Source of the DNA: Lama guanicoe
Taxonomy: Eukaryota
Reading direction: 5' to 3'
DNA length: 64,000 bases
Assembly (NCBI GenBank): GCA_013239625.1
Contig: MU053561.1
Coordinates: forward strand, 2,093,818-2,157,817
Positions 1 to 12,045 of this stretch are shown piece after piece. Each line of letters starts with the position of its first letter. Position 1 is the first letter of the stretch. A program made the translations under genes and the position numbers. The notes below the pieces were generated by a model that saw only the letters and a program-made list of their open reading frames with translations, made no database searches and was not told where the DNA came from.

Positions 1-649
1 TGCCATCAGGCTTCTCACACACATCTTTTACTTGAAAGTTATTTCCTCTGGCATTTTCAAACTTTAATTATTGATAAATTTTATTTGTTGATAAATTGTT
101 GGAGTTCTGGTCCCCTGCCAGTCTCAGAAGATTTTATCTGCAGTTCTTGGAAATCCTATTACCTTATGATTATTCTCTAAGAACTACAGAAAAACAAAAG
201 AATGAGCTGGACTAGGACTCAAACATCCTGTGTTGTAGTGTCAGGTCTGACTCACATGGTGAATGATTAGCAGCAAGCTGGCCCCAGTGACTGAACTTCT
301 TTTCGTTCTTTCAGATACCTGAGTGTCTACAATGTTCCGAGCATCCTTCGAGGAGCTGAGGAACCATCCAGCAAGAGACCAAGTTCTGCAACAGCAGAGA
401 ACAAGATCTCTACTACTGCAGAGCTTAGATCCTAGTTCACACTCTCTGTCCAAAACTTCCGTGTTAACTGTGGTCTCCCACACCAGGAGAATCAGGATTG
501 GAGAGTGAAACATTTTTGCAGATGGGCTAGACCAGCACCACCCCATACTGTTCCCACAAGTTGTTGAGCCCTTGAAATGGGCAAGTCCAGACTGAGATGT
601 GCCATGGATGACTGGAAGATGCAAACTGGATTTTAAGGACTCCATATGT

Positions 650-813
650 AGAGAAGAAGTAAAATAACTCAGTAATGTTTTTCTATTGATTACAGGTTAA
701 AATTATAATATTTGATATGGGTTAAATAAAATTATTTTCACCTGTTTATTTTTTACTTTTCAATGTGAATACTAGAAACTGAATTATGACTCATATTTCT
801 ATTGGACAGCACT
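650..813. mobile_element. hAT-Charlie non-autonomous DNA transposon fragment (MER33/MER3-like)
   Basis: Contains ggttaaataaaattattttcacctgttt...atatttctattggacagcactg, matching the recalled MER33-type terminus. Confidence 0.7.
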
Positions 814-3161
814 GGCCTATTGTTGTCATTACCATGAAGAAATGGAAGAGGCAGAGGTGCGTCCAGGACCAGAACCCAGGTGTCCTGACAACTAAAGCAG
901 CCTCAGAGGTTGGGAGGAGACAAGTGTCAAGACCACAAAGGGCCTGGGCATGGGAGACAGAAGCAGTGTTGGTGCCCCACCCAACAACCGAAGGCTGGCA
1001 CCTGAACACACAGCAGGTGCTCAGTGCGTGCCCACTTCATCTCTGCTCTGGGACCAGCACTCTTCCCGGGACGGGCTGAGTGCGCGCACAGCCGGCCAGC
1101 TGCAGTGTCCTAATGCCCACACTTCTTCAGTCATCACAGGCACAGGACAGGGACAAACCGGGTGTGTTTGGGGGTAAGGAGCAGGCAGCCAGGCGAGGTG
1201 GAGGATTACCCCTTCTCCCATCCCAGTAAGCTCTGCACAAGGTGAGAGAAGCTTATGGTAACACGAGAGGGTGGGAGCAGTTCAAGATTCATGGGTAATT
1301 TTCTCAGAATGTGTTTACAGGAAGTGAATACAGAGACAGATACGGATGTTTCTGTGCTCATCAAATGCAAGATTTTTTTAAAAACTAGAAAATAAGGGAC
1401 AAGGCAGGAGTGCAAAGCAGTACTGATGAGAAGAGGTATAGGATAAGGGGGTCCCCAGATGGATAAGATCAGAAGCCTTTGAGAAGGGTTCAAAGCTGGA
1501 TCGAAACACAGTTTGGTGAGGAGAGATAAGTGTTCACTTGTTCAAGTATTTGTGCATCTGGGAGGCAAGGGAGGGCAGTTAGGAAGGGAGGTCTAAAATG
1601 AAGAGAAGGCAGAAAGGTTCAGGTCCCCAAAAGGAGTGCATCTTCCGAGGGGGGCAGGTCCTTGAGCTCTTAAGGTGTGCTGGAGGGGCAGGATGGAGAA
1701 CTGGCCAGGGCAGGGGAGGTGCTCCACTCCGCATCCAGCTCCGATGAGCTGCTGTCTGCAGCCTGAAACCAGGTCAGCGATGGCGATGGGAAACAAAACG
1801 CTAAAAAGAGGAAGACTCAGCAGAACTGGCAGGAGTGAATGGGGAGAGAGAAAGGCTGAGTGCGCTGTGTGAGGCTGGTGCTGGGGTGGAAGGCAGGGTG
1901 GGATGAGCTGGGAGGGAGGGTCTGGAGGTCACCCTGAGGACTTCCAGCTGTCGCCCAATGGGTCCGCATTGCCCCTCTGGCTCCAAACCTACACCCCAGA
2001 GGCCTCCGTTTTAAAAAAGGCCCAGAAGCCACCCAGCCTTTGGGGCTTCCCACTTTTGATCCAAAAACCGGCTCCAGCCCCCGGGGCCCACTAGGCCGCC
2101 ATCTCCTCATGTGCACTTCCCCCTCCTAGAGGAATGGCAGGCGAGGGCCAGCAAAGCCCTGGAGCCAATTATCAGGAGCACCTCCTGTGCCCCGGGCGGC
2201 TCTGGGCACCAGGCCCTAAGCACAGACCCCTGCCTTCCTGGGCTCACATGCCAGCAGTTACGACCAGCTGGCAAACCCCGCATGCCTCCAGGATGTCCTG
2301 AGGCCGACCCGGCTCCACTTGCATCCAGAGCGTCTCCACAAGCCTTTCCACATCCCATCCCCTTGGCCTCCTCGGCACCTGGCACAAACCACTGCCGAGG
2401 AAGCATTTAACCACTCACGGACTCAGTCACTGTTATCCAAGAAATAAACACTTTACGCAGTTGGGTGACCGAGACTCCAAAAGGCTCTGAGACTAAAAAA
2501 CACCCTACCCTGAGAGTTGCTTAACATCAGCAATTATTTCTTCACATTAGTTTTGTCCTATTGTTTCAAGAAGTTCTGGAAACAGTTCGAGAACAGGCTA
2601 TAGGGCCCAGTTGTACAAATCTATTAATTTTAAACAATTCGTAAGGCTTCCTCACACAGTTGGGTTATACAAAGATGCTTCCCCTAAACCATTTAAACTC
2701 CAAATATAAGCTTCCTTATGAATGCATGGAGTGAAAGGATAAAAAAGTGTGAGACCAGAAGTCCTGGCAGCATCACAACAGATAAGCACCACCGCTGTAC
2801 CCAAGTGGCTTTAAAATACATGAACATCTCTTTGAAGACAGAGATGTCTGCTTCATCACAATACTGCTTATGCCAATGTACTGAACATGCTACAGTCAAA
2901 ACACCAAGAAGGCAGAAAGCATTTGTCTATATTGCCTTGTTTACCTCAGTGACAGCACAAAAAAGGCAATGGACCTTATCTAACCAGACTAATGCTTTAT
3001 ACCAAGTAACCCCTCTGACTCTGCACTGCTTCCCCTTAATCCCCGTCCCCCACCCATAACAACAAAACAACAGATACAGCCCAGAGTCCAGTATGAGACT
3101 GAGAAACCCAACACTTAACTCAGGAAATCAGTCCCAGGCAACCACGAGATGAAGTTTTCTC

Positions 3162-3166
<5 letters not shown>

Positions 3167-3192
<26 letters not shown>
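3167..3192. repeat. (CA)n microsatellite
   Basis: Uninterrupted CA run read directly. Confidence 0.95.
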
Positions 3193-3867
3193 AAGCTCTT
3201 ACCCAATCAGAGCCCTTGGCTTGTCATTCTTTAGTTCTTTCATGACTGACCCCATGCACACAACATATCAGAGATGAAAATGAAGACAGGGTACTGCTCA
3301 CTTGATGTTTATTTTTTCCAATTGCTCATTTTCCTAATTTTGTATCACATGTGCCCAGTTTCTGGCCCTGGGAGAACAAGAGCACTGCAGTCCACTCTAA
3401 GTTATCTTTACTGCCGGGCAGTTCCTTGGCCTCTCAGAAGTGTGAGGACTCCTCTGTTCTCTGATGGGCCTTGCACAATGTGCACAATCTGGCCCGGCCT
3501 TGAACGCTGGGGAATGTGTGCTCAGTGGGGCGCAAATATTGGGAGATGCGACAGGGGTAGGGGAGAGCTTCTGCAAAACAGGATGGGATTTCAGGGGCTA
3601 CTTGCAGTCAAACTAGAGCTGAGGCCAGTAAGTAGCGAGTGCCAGGGGTGCTCAACCAAATCACCTTCATTCTGACAAAAAGGCCAAGAACCAAATCCTT
3701 TCCTTCAGTGTCACCCTAACAATCTCTGGATACAAGGTAGGTATTGTGGAAGAAACTCAGAGTGTAGCTGTTTGCTCTGTGGGCACATGCTAACATGAAA
3801 TTAGGGACCTTTGTTGGGTAACAATTTAGAGGCCTCCTGGCAGAGAAAAAAATTATTTTTTATCTTT

Positions 3868-3961
3868 TACCTGAACAATTATATGCAATACGCCAAAATC
3901 TTCTTTCTAAAAACTACCTGAACAATTACATACAATATACCAAAACCTTCTTTCTAAAAAC
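3868..3961. repeat. Tandem duplication, 2 x 47 bp
   Basis: tacctgaacaatta...ttctttctaaaaac at 3868-3914 and 3915-3961, five substitutions. Confidence 0.9.
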
Positions 3962-5770
3962 GCCTTAGTGAGACTAAACTGAAGACACGGGTATGCCTTC
4001 AGACACAAGGTTTCAGTTATCTCAAGTAAACGCTTCACTCCAGAGACACTAAGCTTCCCATCTTCACAAACAAAAATGTCAAAGGGCAGAACCCCTGCTG
4101 GTCCAGCTCAGATGCTTCCCTGAAAACGAAGAGTCAGCATTCTCCAGTCCCTGCTCCAGCCCCTTCCATGGCAGGGTCCCCGGAGCAGGTCTCACTCCCC
4201 CCGTAACACCTCCAGGGGCTTGAGACACAGCACAATTCTTGGTAGGTAGAGCTCCTGCCACCCTGACGGCTGCCTGGCTGGCTGCCTGGCTTGCTGCCTG
4301 GTTCACTTCCTTGCCAAGTTACTCACGCTGAAAGGTTAGTGTAGCCAACAATGGCCACTCACGTCCCCCCTGCAGGGCAGCTGGGCCGCGCCAGGAGTCT
4401 ACTTCAGGAGGATTTAATAATCTTAACTTTATTTCCTGGGTAGGTTCTGGTTCCCAACTCACCTACCAAATGTCCTGAATACCAACTGCCACAATATAAA
4501 CGATTTCACAGTCTTTATAAACGCTTACTGTAAAAGTGCAGCTGCATGTTGTAACTCCACAACAAACAAACCTTTAAAAAGGCAGCAGGTCCCTGCTTAA
4601 TACAAGGATTTAGTCTGCCTTGCAGAAGCCTTCCTCCAGATAAAAAAGAGAGGGCAAGGGGAGTGAGCTGATCCCTTCCGCGGCATCCAGCCCTAGCAGT
4701 CGGTTCTAGTGAGCATGGGTCAACTCGCGTTTTCCAGAGAAACTCGCCAGGCATTTCCCCGGAAGTCTTCCCTCACTTCGAGGTAGCGCCGGGCTGTTTT
4801 CTCCCGCAGGCAAGCGTTCTGCATTTCGGTGTACAGGCTACCAACCTGTACTCGCGAGGTCCATCTCCCTCCTCCGACTCCCTCCCACCTTCGCGATCCG
4901 GACTGTGACACCTCCCGGGGCAGCTGTGCCTCCAAGCCGCCCGCGGCCCCGCGAACCAAGTCAACTGACGGCCGCGGCTTTCAGTCTACAGGCTAAGCAA
5001 GTTTCATTCCTAAAAGGGGAGGACCCAGGTCACAGACGCAGTATTCCCGAGAAGTTTCCGGGAGAAGAGCAGCGCACGAGTCACTCGCTTGGATCACTTT
5101 GCTGCCCACGGAGACCCCAGTCTAGCGCGAGTCCAGGAAAAGGTAGGGATCTCCGCCCTCTCCTTAAAACCCCGGTCCTGGCACCGAGCCTGGGAAGCGC
5201 CCCTCCCTCCTCAGCCGGATGCGGCCCCTGACCGCGGAGTCTCTAACTGCGCCTTCAGAAACCGCTGCATTCGAATTCGCGCCGGTCCAGCGGGCCGCGG
5301 CGTGCACGCCCGCGGGAGCACCGGGGCGAGCCCGAGAGACCTCAAGCAAGGCAGGGGTGGTGCGGACGCCGTCCTACCCCAGGGAGGAGCTGAAGGCCCC
5401 CAACACACACTCTTCGGCCGCCCGGCCCGCGCCCGGACGGCGCGCAGCCTGCGGGACGCGCAGAGCAGGAACTCGCTGAAGTTTGCCAGCCCCGGCCGAA
5501 GTCTCTGGAAAGTTGTAGCTCCCCCTCGGAGCGATTCGCCGGGCCCTCGGGGGCGGGCTTCGTAGGGGGAGGTGTCGTCGCGGGAGCTGGAGGGGAAGGG
5601 AGCACGGGGCCCGGCACCTGTCCGCACCTCCCCTCCGCCCCCCGGGCTCCCACCGGGCACGGTGAAAACTTGAGCTCCGCTCGACAGGGGCAGACCCCCG
5701 AGGGCAGAGTGCGCGGCTCTCTGGAACCACCGCATCCTCGCACCTTTGGAGGAGTGGGCCTTGCACTCAC

Positions 5771-5871
5771 CTGGGAGGCGGGGGAGGAGACCACAGAGGC
5801 AGGTCCTTGGCGTGGGCAGCCCCTGGCAGGAGCGGCGCGGTCACTACAGCCCCCAGACAGCGGTACCGAGT
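5771..5871 (-). other. Putative non-coding first exon (5' UTR or lncRNA) of an unidentified minus-strand gene
   Basis: Consensus donor CAG|GTGAGT on the minus strand (exon ends 5771, intron 5770 downwards); Inr-like TCACTC at ~5871; TATA ~30-34 nt upstream; no ATG in the exon. Confidence 0.6.
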
Positions 5872-5897
5872 GAGCCGTCCTGCCGCCGCCCCCTCCG

Positions 5898-5905
5898 TTC
5901 TTATA
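5898..5905 (-). promoter_or_regulatory. TATA-like box TATAAGAA
   Basis: Isolated AT-rich word in GC-rich context, between GC boxes and the Inr-like site. Confidence 0.55.
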
Positions 5906-5940
5906 CGGCCTGACCACGCCCCCGCCCGCCCCCACCGCCC

Positions 5941-6387
5941 NNNNNNNNNNNNNNNNNNNNNNNNNNNNNNNNNNNNNNNNNNNNNNNNNNNNNNNNNNNN
6001 NNNNNNNNNNNNNNNNNNNNNNNNNNNNNNNNNNNNNNNNNNNNNNNNNNNNNNNNNNNNNNNNNNNNNNNNNNNNNNNNNNNNNNNNNNNNNNNNNNNN
6101 NNNNNNNNNNNNNNNNNNNNNNNNNNNNNNNNNNNNNNNNNNNNNNNNNNNNNNNNNNNNNNNNNNNNNNNNNNNNNNNNNNNNNNNNNNNNNNNNNNNN
6201 NNNNNNNNNNNNNNNNNNNNNNNNNNNNNNNNNNNNNNNNNNNNNNNNNNNNNNNNNNNNNNNNNNNNNNNNNNNNNNNNNNNNNNNNNNNNNNNNNNNN
6301 NNNNNNNNNNNNNNNNNNNNNNNNNNNNNNNNNNNNNNNNNNNNNNNNNNNNNNNNNNNNNNNNNNNNNNNNNNNNNNNNNNNNNNN
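5941..6387. other. Assembly gap (447 N)
   Basis: Run of N flanked by C-rich sequence. Confidence 1.
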
Positions 6388-7119
6388 CCCCCACCCCCGC
6401 CCTTGAGCCAGCCCTCCCGAGGGAGCGAGGGGCGGAGCGGGGAGGAGCCGGCGCCCACGGGATCCTTCCGCCTGGGCGCTGACGGCAAGGGCAGGGCGAA
6501 CGGTGCCCTCTGATTGGCTCCTCGGGTGAATGGTTGCCGAGAGACGAGTAAATCTTCGGCGGCGGGAAGGGGCCGGGGTGCCCAAGGAGGTAGCACTGCG
6601 CAGGCGCAATAGAGAGGGGTTGCGTCGACGCCCCCTTAACTTCGTAGCTTCAGGGACTCCCTTTCTTTCCACTTTCCACTGCGCTCTTTTCTGCTACTCC
6701 GATCACAAAACTTCCCCACCACAAGTTTTGCTCATCTCTACTCCGCTCTCTCGCAGGCTTGTTTTTCTTTTGCTTCTTCTGGGGATTTTCGCGTTGGTTC
6801 TCTCTCTGGGACTAGGGAGTGAAACCCCCACGCCTACCTCCAACGTGTGTTTTGAAGTTGGAAAAAAAAATTGTGGTTTCTGAGCCGGGCGAACCTTCCT
6901 GATTCCCCAAGCAAATTGGCTGGAAGTCATTGGGGAAAGGCCGGCACAGTTGGTTCTCTGGCGCGGTTACCACCTGTGTGCAGTTAGTGGGACTAAGGGT
7001 CTGGAGGAATTCGTCGCGGCAGCTTCAGCGCGACTCGCAATGTCCCAGGGCTCAGTCGTGTATGTTATATAACATGCAAGCGGGGCTTGGACACCATCCA
7101 GTCACTCCGCAGCGAGTGG

Positions 7120-7355
7120 TTTCGGGTCCAGGTTCTAAATTCAGATTAACTTGGGTTGGGATCTCCATTCACCACCTAACTATCTGTAAGATCTTGGGCA
7201 AGTAACTTAACCAACCCTCCATAAATCTCCTTTTCCTCACCTGTATGATGGGGCTAAAAATGGAACAGCTTTGTAGGGTTATGTAAGTATTAAATAAGGA
7301 AATGGAAAGATAGAAGTGCAGTGCCTGATATAAAGTGTGTGCTAAATGTTATTTA
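7120..7355 (+). mobile_element. MIR SINE
   Basis: cttgggcaagtaacttaacc...ttcctcacctgtatgatgggg...cagtgcctg MIR core. Confidence 0.8.
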
Positions 7356-8087
7356 TATCAAGTAGTAGCTGTTATTTATCAAACGTTTTTGGGCTTGTAC
7401 TAATCTTAGCTCGGTGGTGGGGGAAAAGATTACTTCCTAGAAGCAGTGTTTCTCTACCTGGCCCCTTCCATCCCTGCCTGAAATAAGTCTGGCTCTCAGT
7501 GTCTGCCAGGATAGAGCTCTCAAATATATGCCTTTCCTGGGGAGGGGGAGGTCCCCTGGAACATTAATGAGATGGGATATCAGTATGAATGCTTGTAGGA
7601 AAGGCACAGTGACTCTATTGTTGGACATGAAATTAGGATATATGACCTTATCTTTTTTAACTTTTTGTTTTTGAGGTATAAATTCTGTAAAGTGTACAGA
7701 ACAATGCATTTCTACATGTAACTGCCACCCAGATCGAGGCAGAGAACATCTCCAGCTTCCCCATGCCTCTTCCCATTCAGTGGCCACAAGTAACCACTCT
7801 TCTGACCTCTGTCACCATACGTTAGTTTTACTAACGTTTGAACTGGATGTGGATGAATTACATAGTGTGTGTACTTTTGTATCTGGTTTCCTTCACTCAA
7901 CAGTGTGTCTATGATGTGATCCATGTTGTTGCATGTAACAATGGTTCATTCTTTCCCATTGCTGTGTATTGTTTCATTATGTAAATATTCAATAATTTAT
8001 GTATTCATTCCACCAGTGGATGTTTGGGTTGCATCAGGTTTTGACCTGTCATGAATGAAGTTGCTACAAACAATCTTGTTCCTCCCC

Positions 8088-8519
8088 TAGCTTTAGTGAG
8101 GTATACTTGACAAATACAAATTGTATATATTTAAAGTGTACTCCTTGTTATTTTTATATGCATATATACTGTGAAATGATCACCACAGCCCAGCTAATTA
8201 ACATACCCATCACATCATATAGTTACCGTGTGCTGGCGGTAGGAGCAGTGAGAATGATTAAGAGCAGCTCTCTTGGGGGGAGGGTTTAGCTCAGTAGTAG
8301 AGCATGCATGAGGTCCTAGGTTCAATCCCCAGTACCCGCATTAAAATAAATAAATAAACATAATTACCCTCCAAAAAATCACATACACATACACAAAATA
8401 AAAATAAAAAAAATAAGCTTTCTTAGCAAATTAAGCATATAATAGGGTATTATTAACTATAGTCACCATGCTGTACATTAGATCCCCAGCACCTATTCTG
8501 AACCTTTGTGCCCTCTGAC
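8088..8519 (-). mobile_element. L1MA-like 3' end, antisense, split by a SINE
   Basis: agctttagtgaggtatacttgacaaata...ttattaactatagtcaccatgctgtacattagatc. Confidence 0.8.
8275..8415 (+). mobile_element. tRNA-derived SINE, camelid Vic-1-like
   Basis: A box (tagctcagtagtag), B box (ggttcaatccc), A-rich tail, flanking direct repeats agctctctt (8266-8274) and agctttctt (8416-8424). Confidence 0.8.
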
Positions 8520-10351
8520 CTACAAGCATTCTTATGTATGTCTTTTGGTGGACATAACGTCCATTTATGCTGGGTTTATGCCCAGGTATTGAAGTTGCAG
8601 AATCATAATGTATATACATATTAAGCTTTAAATGCACTGCCAAGCATTTTTCCAAAGTCATGTAACAATTTATATTCCAGTGATAGGAGATTTCCAGTTG
8701 CGCCACATCTTTGCCAGGACTGATATTGTCAGTCTTTTTCATGGAAAAATGGGGTTGTCTATTTCACTGTGATTTATATTTACCTTTCTCTGATAATGAT
8801 GTTGAGCAACTTTTCATGTGCTCATTGGCCGTTTAGATGCCTTTTTAGTGAACTGTCTATTCTAGTCTTTTGCCTATTTCTAGACAGTTGTCTGTCTTAA
8901 TGATCTGTAGGAGTTCTTTACAGATCCTGGGCAAGTCCTTTGTCCAATATATATTTTACAAATATCTTCTCCCACTCTGTGACTTTCTTTTCATTCTCTT
9001 GATGTTATCTTTTGATGAACAGAAATTCTTAAATTTAATGACATCTAATTTATTAATCATAATCTTTTATGACTAGTACTTTTTATGTCCTGTTGAGGAA
9101 ATCTTTGCCCAGCCTAAGGCCATAGAGGTCGTCTCCTTCATTTTCTTCTAGGAACTTGATTGCCCTAACCTTCATATTTAGGTCTATGATTCATCTCAAG
9201 TTAATTTTTTGTGCAGTCTGGGGTCAAGATTTATTTTTTCCCCATACGAATATCCAATTAGCTCAGCACCATTAGCAAGCAGTTTCATTGAATGAATCAA
9301 TGAACATTTATTAAATGAAAAATTCAGTTAAGAAAACAAAGTGACCAGCTACTTAAAATTCAGATTGTCCAGAAAAATCTAGGACACATGAGCAGAATAA
9401 GATTAATATAAATTATTATATTACATTGATCCTAGGACCATCTCTACTTTTTCAATACCTCCTGGATACCATTAGCACAAGTGGCCTCAGAGTAGAACAC
9501 AGGTCGGAAATTCTTTCCTATTTGCCAGTATGACACCTGGTTGAGATAGAAATATTTTCCCTTTTGTTTTCTTTCTTTAGGATGATGATCTAATATAATT
9601 TGAATAAAATTACAATTTAATGGAAAAAAAAGAAATTCTTACTTAGAGCTTGATCTATCATGGCTTAATTTACCTTTGCTTAGGTAAAATTTTATTTAGT
9701 TTCCTAACCCTTAGGCAATTTTGTGGAAGGGAGGAGGCAAGAACCAAGAAAGAAATTCATTATTTATACAGGCGTATATTTTTCCTTTGAACTCCTTTTT
9801 AGTCCTGGGGCATTACTTGACTTTCATAGAATTTTGTTTCCATTTTTGTTTTGTTTTGTTTTGTTTCTTTAAAATACACACTGTTCTTTCTACCCCATAA
9901 AACTGTGGCACCTTGGAGCTGGAAGGAGACTCAGGAAGTCTCCAGGTACTGCCCTTTGGGTGGGGAACCAGATATTAAAACTTTCCTTCCAAGATTATTG
10001 GAGCCTCCTTCTTGCCAAATCAAAATGGTTTAAAGATCAGTACGTAGGGAAGCTGGGAAAAGGGAGGGAAGAAAAGCCGAGGGAGGAAACTGTCGTTAAA
10101 ATGCAGGTGTGACTCGCTTGTGGCCACAACACTGAAAAAGCTTTATGTCTCAATAGAAGCAAAGAAATTCTATCATTAATTCTTTTTTTTTTTAAGGCAA
10201 GAAAAACCTTTTGTTTGGTGCCCTGCTATCTCATTTATTGCTTTTCTTAAGTCTTGAGTTTTTGTATTACTTTATCCCAAGGGGGATCACCTTGATAAAT
10301 GTTTATTAAAATGCCCTTGTCTAAATATCTTGAAATGATTTTTAGGGAAAG

Positions 10352-10460
10352 TTTTTATTGATGTACACTGACATATAGAGACGTGCACAGATCGTAAGAG
10401 CAGCTTAGTGGATTTTCACAAACTGAACAAACATGTCACTAGCACACAGATCAAGAAACA
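10352..10460 (-). mobile_element. L1M (L1MD/ME-like) 3' end fragment
   Basis: gtgcacagatcgtaag...cagcttagtggattttcacaaactgaac...cagatcaagaaaca. Confidence 0.6.
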
Positions 10461-11565
10461 AAGGAGTCCCACAGCCCTTGCAGCCAGATTTGAAAACCAC
10501 GGCAGTGACATTGTCTCCACCCTCATAAGTTTCTGGTGGGGCTAAGTCATGACCTGGCTTTACACTTCTCACCTAGAACTCTTGCTAATAAATCCCTGTC
10601 TCTTCTCAGGCTTCTTCAGGCCAATATTTTTCTTGGGTGTCACAGAAGGAGAGCTCGGTTGAGAGTAAGAAGGTGTGAGTTTTATTTGGAACAAAGAGCA
10701 GAAGGAAAGAACTCAGGACTGGTCCGATTGGATGGGGCAGGGAGGAGGAGCGGCCAGGACCACAGGCTCAAGCATAGCATGGCAGTGGAAGCACTGGGGC
10801 ACTGGGGCAGCCCAAAGGCAGTAAGAGAGGGTCCAGGAAGGGGGAAGGCGTGATGGTGGCACTGCCAGAGAAAAAGTGAAGCTGCCAAAGGTGAGCAGGG
10901 CTGACCACATCCCTCTGAGCTTGTCTCTCTAGACACCCTTCCTGCCCATCACCCTAGTGGTGAGACTGGAGAAAGGATGTAGGGCTTTGTCAGATGGCTT
11001 GTATCCCTGTCCGATGGCTTAAGCCCCCTGAGTCTCAGCTTCCTATTCTGAACACTGCTCCATGGAGCTCTGTGCTGACGAGTCGGGTAATGAAGGCAGG
11101 TGAAAACAGTTGTCTTGCTCACAAGATTTATCTCTTTGCCAACCTGGGGCCATTTTCTCCCTTTACTGTTAGAAGAGCTTGGCAAGCTAATCGGCTGAGA
11201 GCAGAGGAGAGTTAAGTTCAAACACCTTGCTGTGACTGCCCTCATGTCTGGGGCCCCACATCTCTTATCTGAGGATTAATGTTTTCAAATCTCCCTTTAG
11301 GGAAAAGTGTTCCATGAAAGTGTAAATTGTTAACTGATCATTTCATATCTCATGACCAATCACTGGGTCCATTCTGAACCACCCTTCCATTTTGGCCCTG
11401 ATGTCTCTCTTGCCAGCCACCGAAATGCCTGAAACTCCCGGCACAGGAGTCTGTGCCTCCCACCATTCCCACATAGCTTGCCAGGGAAGAGGCGGCCCAC
11501 CGGCTAGATGTCTAACTCACCTACCAAGTGTGGTTCTCAACGTTCAAACATTGTCTTCCAGTCCA

Positions 11566-12045
11566 TGTATCAGTTTAGATTTTTAGTTGCAAACAATTAG
11601 AAATGACTCTGGATGATTTAAGCAAAATGGAATTCTTTTCAAAATATTGGGGAGCACACAGAATCTGCAGGAAGGCTAGAGAACTTGGCCAGTTTGCTGT
11701 GCTACCAGGAACAAGGCTTAAAAATCGTACTGCAGAACTGGTCCAGGGAAGAGGCCATCACGTCACCACAGACGTAAGCAATGCATGTTCCGTGGCTACA
11801 CTCCCACCACTGCCGCCACCCACTGATAAATGGAGTCTGTGTGTCCCATCCACTAGCTTCTGCTCCAAAATCTAGGTGGGAGCATTTGATCAGCAGAGTC
11901 TGAGTCATGTGCCCAAGCCTTGGTTGCAAAGAAGGCTCAAAAACCAAATTATCTGATATTTTCAGCTTTAACTGTGGGCTCTGCCTCTTTAGGTAAAGAA
12001 TTCTCCAAACAGAAGTAGGAGGTTCAGCTGCTGGATGGCCAGAAC
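11566..12045 (-). mobile_element. MaLR solo LTR (old MLT1K/L-like)
   Basis: tgtatcagtt...ttagttgcaaacaa...ttaagcaaaa terminus; internal gagtcatgtgccca motif. Confidence 0.6.

Larger units (their letters stand above)
4700..7100. promoter_or_regulatory. CpG island promoter region, interrupted by an assembly gap
   Basis: Dense CpG and very high GC relative to flanks; GC boxes 5918-5940 and ~6430; ATTGG (CCAAT) 6513-6517; NRF1-type TGCGCAGGCGCA 6597-6608; ZNF143-like ACTACAgccCCCAG from 5843. Confidence 0.9.
7655..9272 (-). mobile_element. Old L1 (L1ME/L1MC-like) 3' region, antisense, interrupted by younger insertions at ~8080-8519
   Basis: Antisense L1 motifs: tccttcactcaaca, gatccatgttgttgcatg, gttgagcaacttttcatgtgctcattggcc, tttgatgaacagaaattcttaaattt, tttaggtctatgattcat. 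Confidence 0.85.

Noticed and set aside
288..440. Strong plus-strand acceptor (cttcttttcgttctttcag) followed by an ORF
   Set aside because: Downstream sequence resembles an antisense L2 end, has no clear donor, and lies antisense to the inferred gene
1..5905. Assigning a gene symbol to the minus-strand gene
   Set aside because: Only a non-coding exon is visible and I do not recognise it; any name would be a guess
5089..6672. ORFs of 130-350 aa in the CpG island
   Set aside because: Stop-poor GC-rich DNA and read-through of the N gap; no recognisable domain
8275..8345. tRNA gene
   Set aside because: Has A/B boxes but no intact anticodon arm or acceptor stem; the A-rich tail and flanking duplication indicate a SINE
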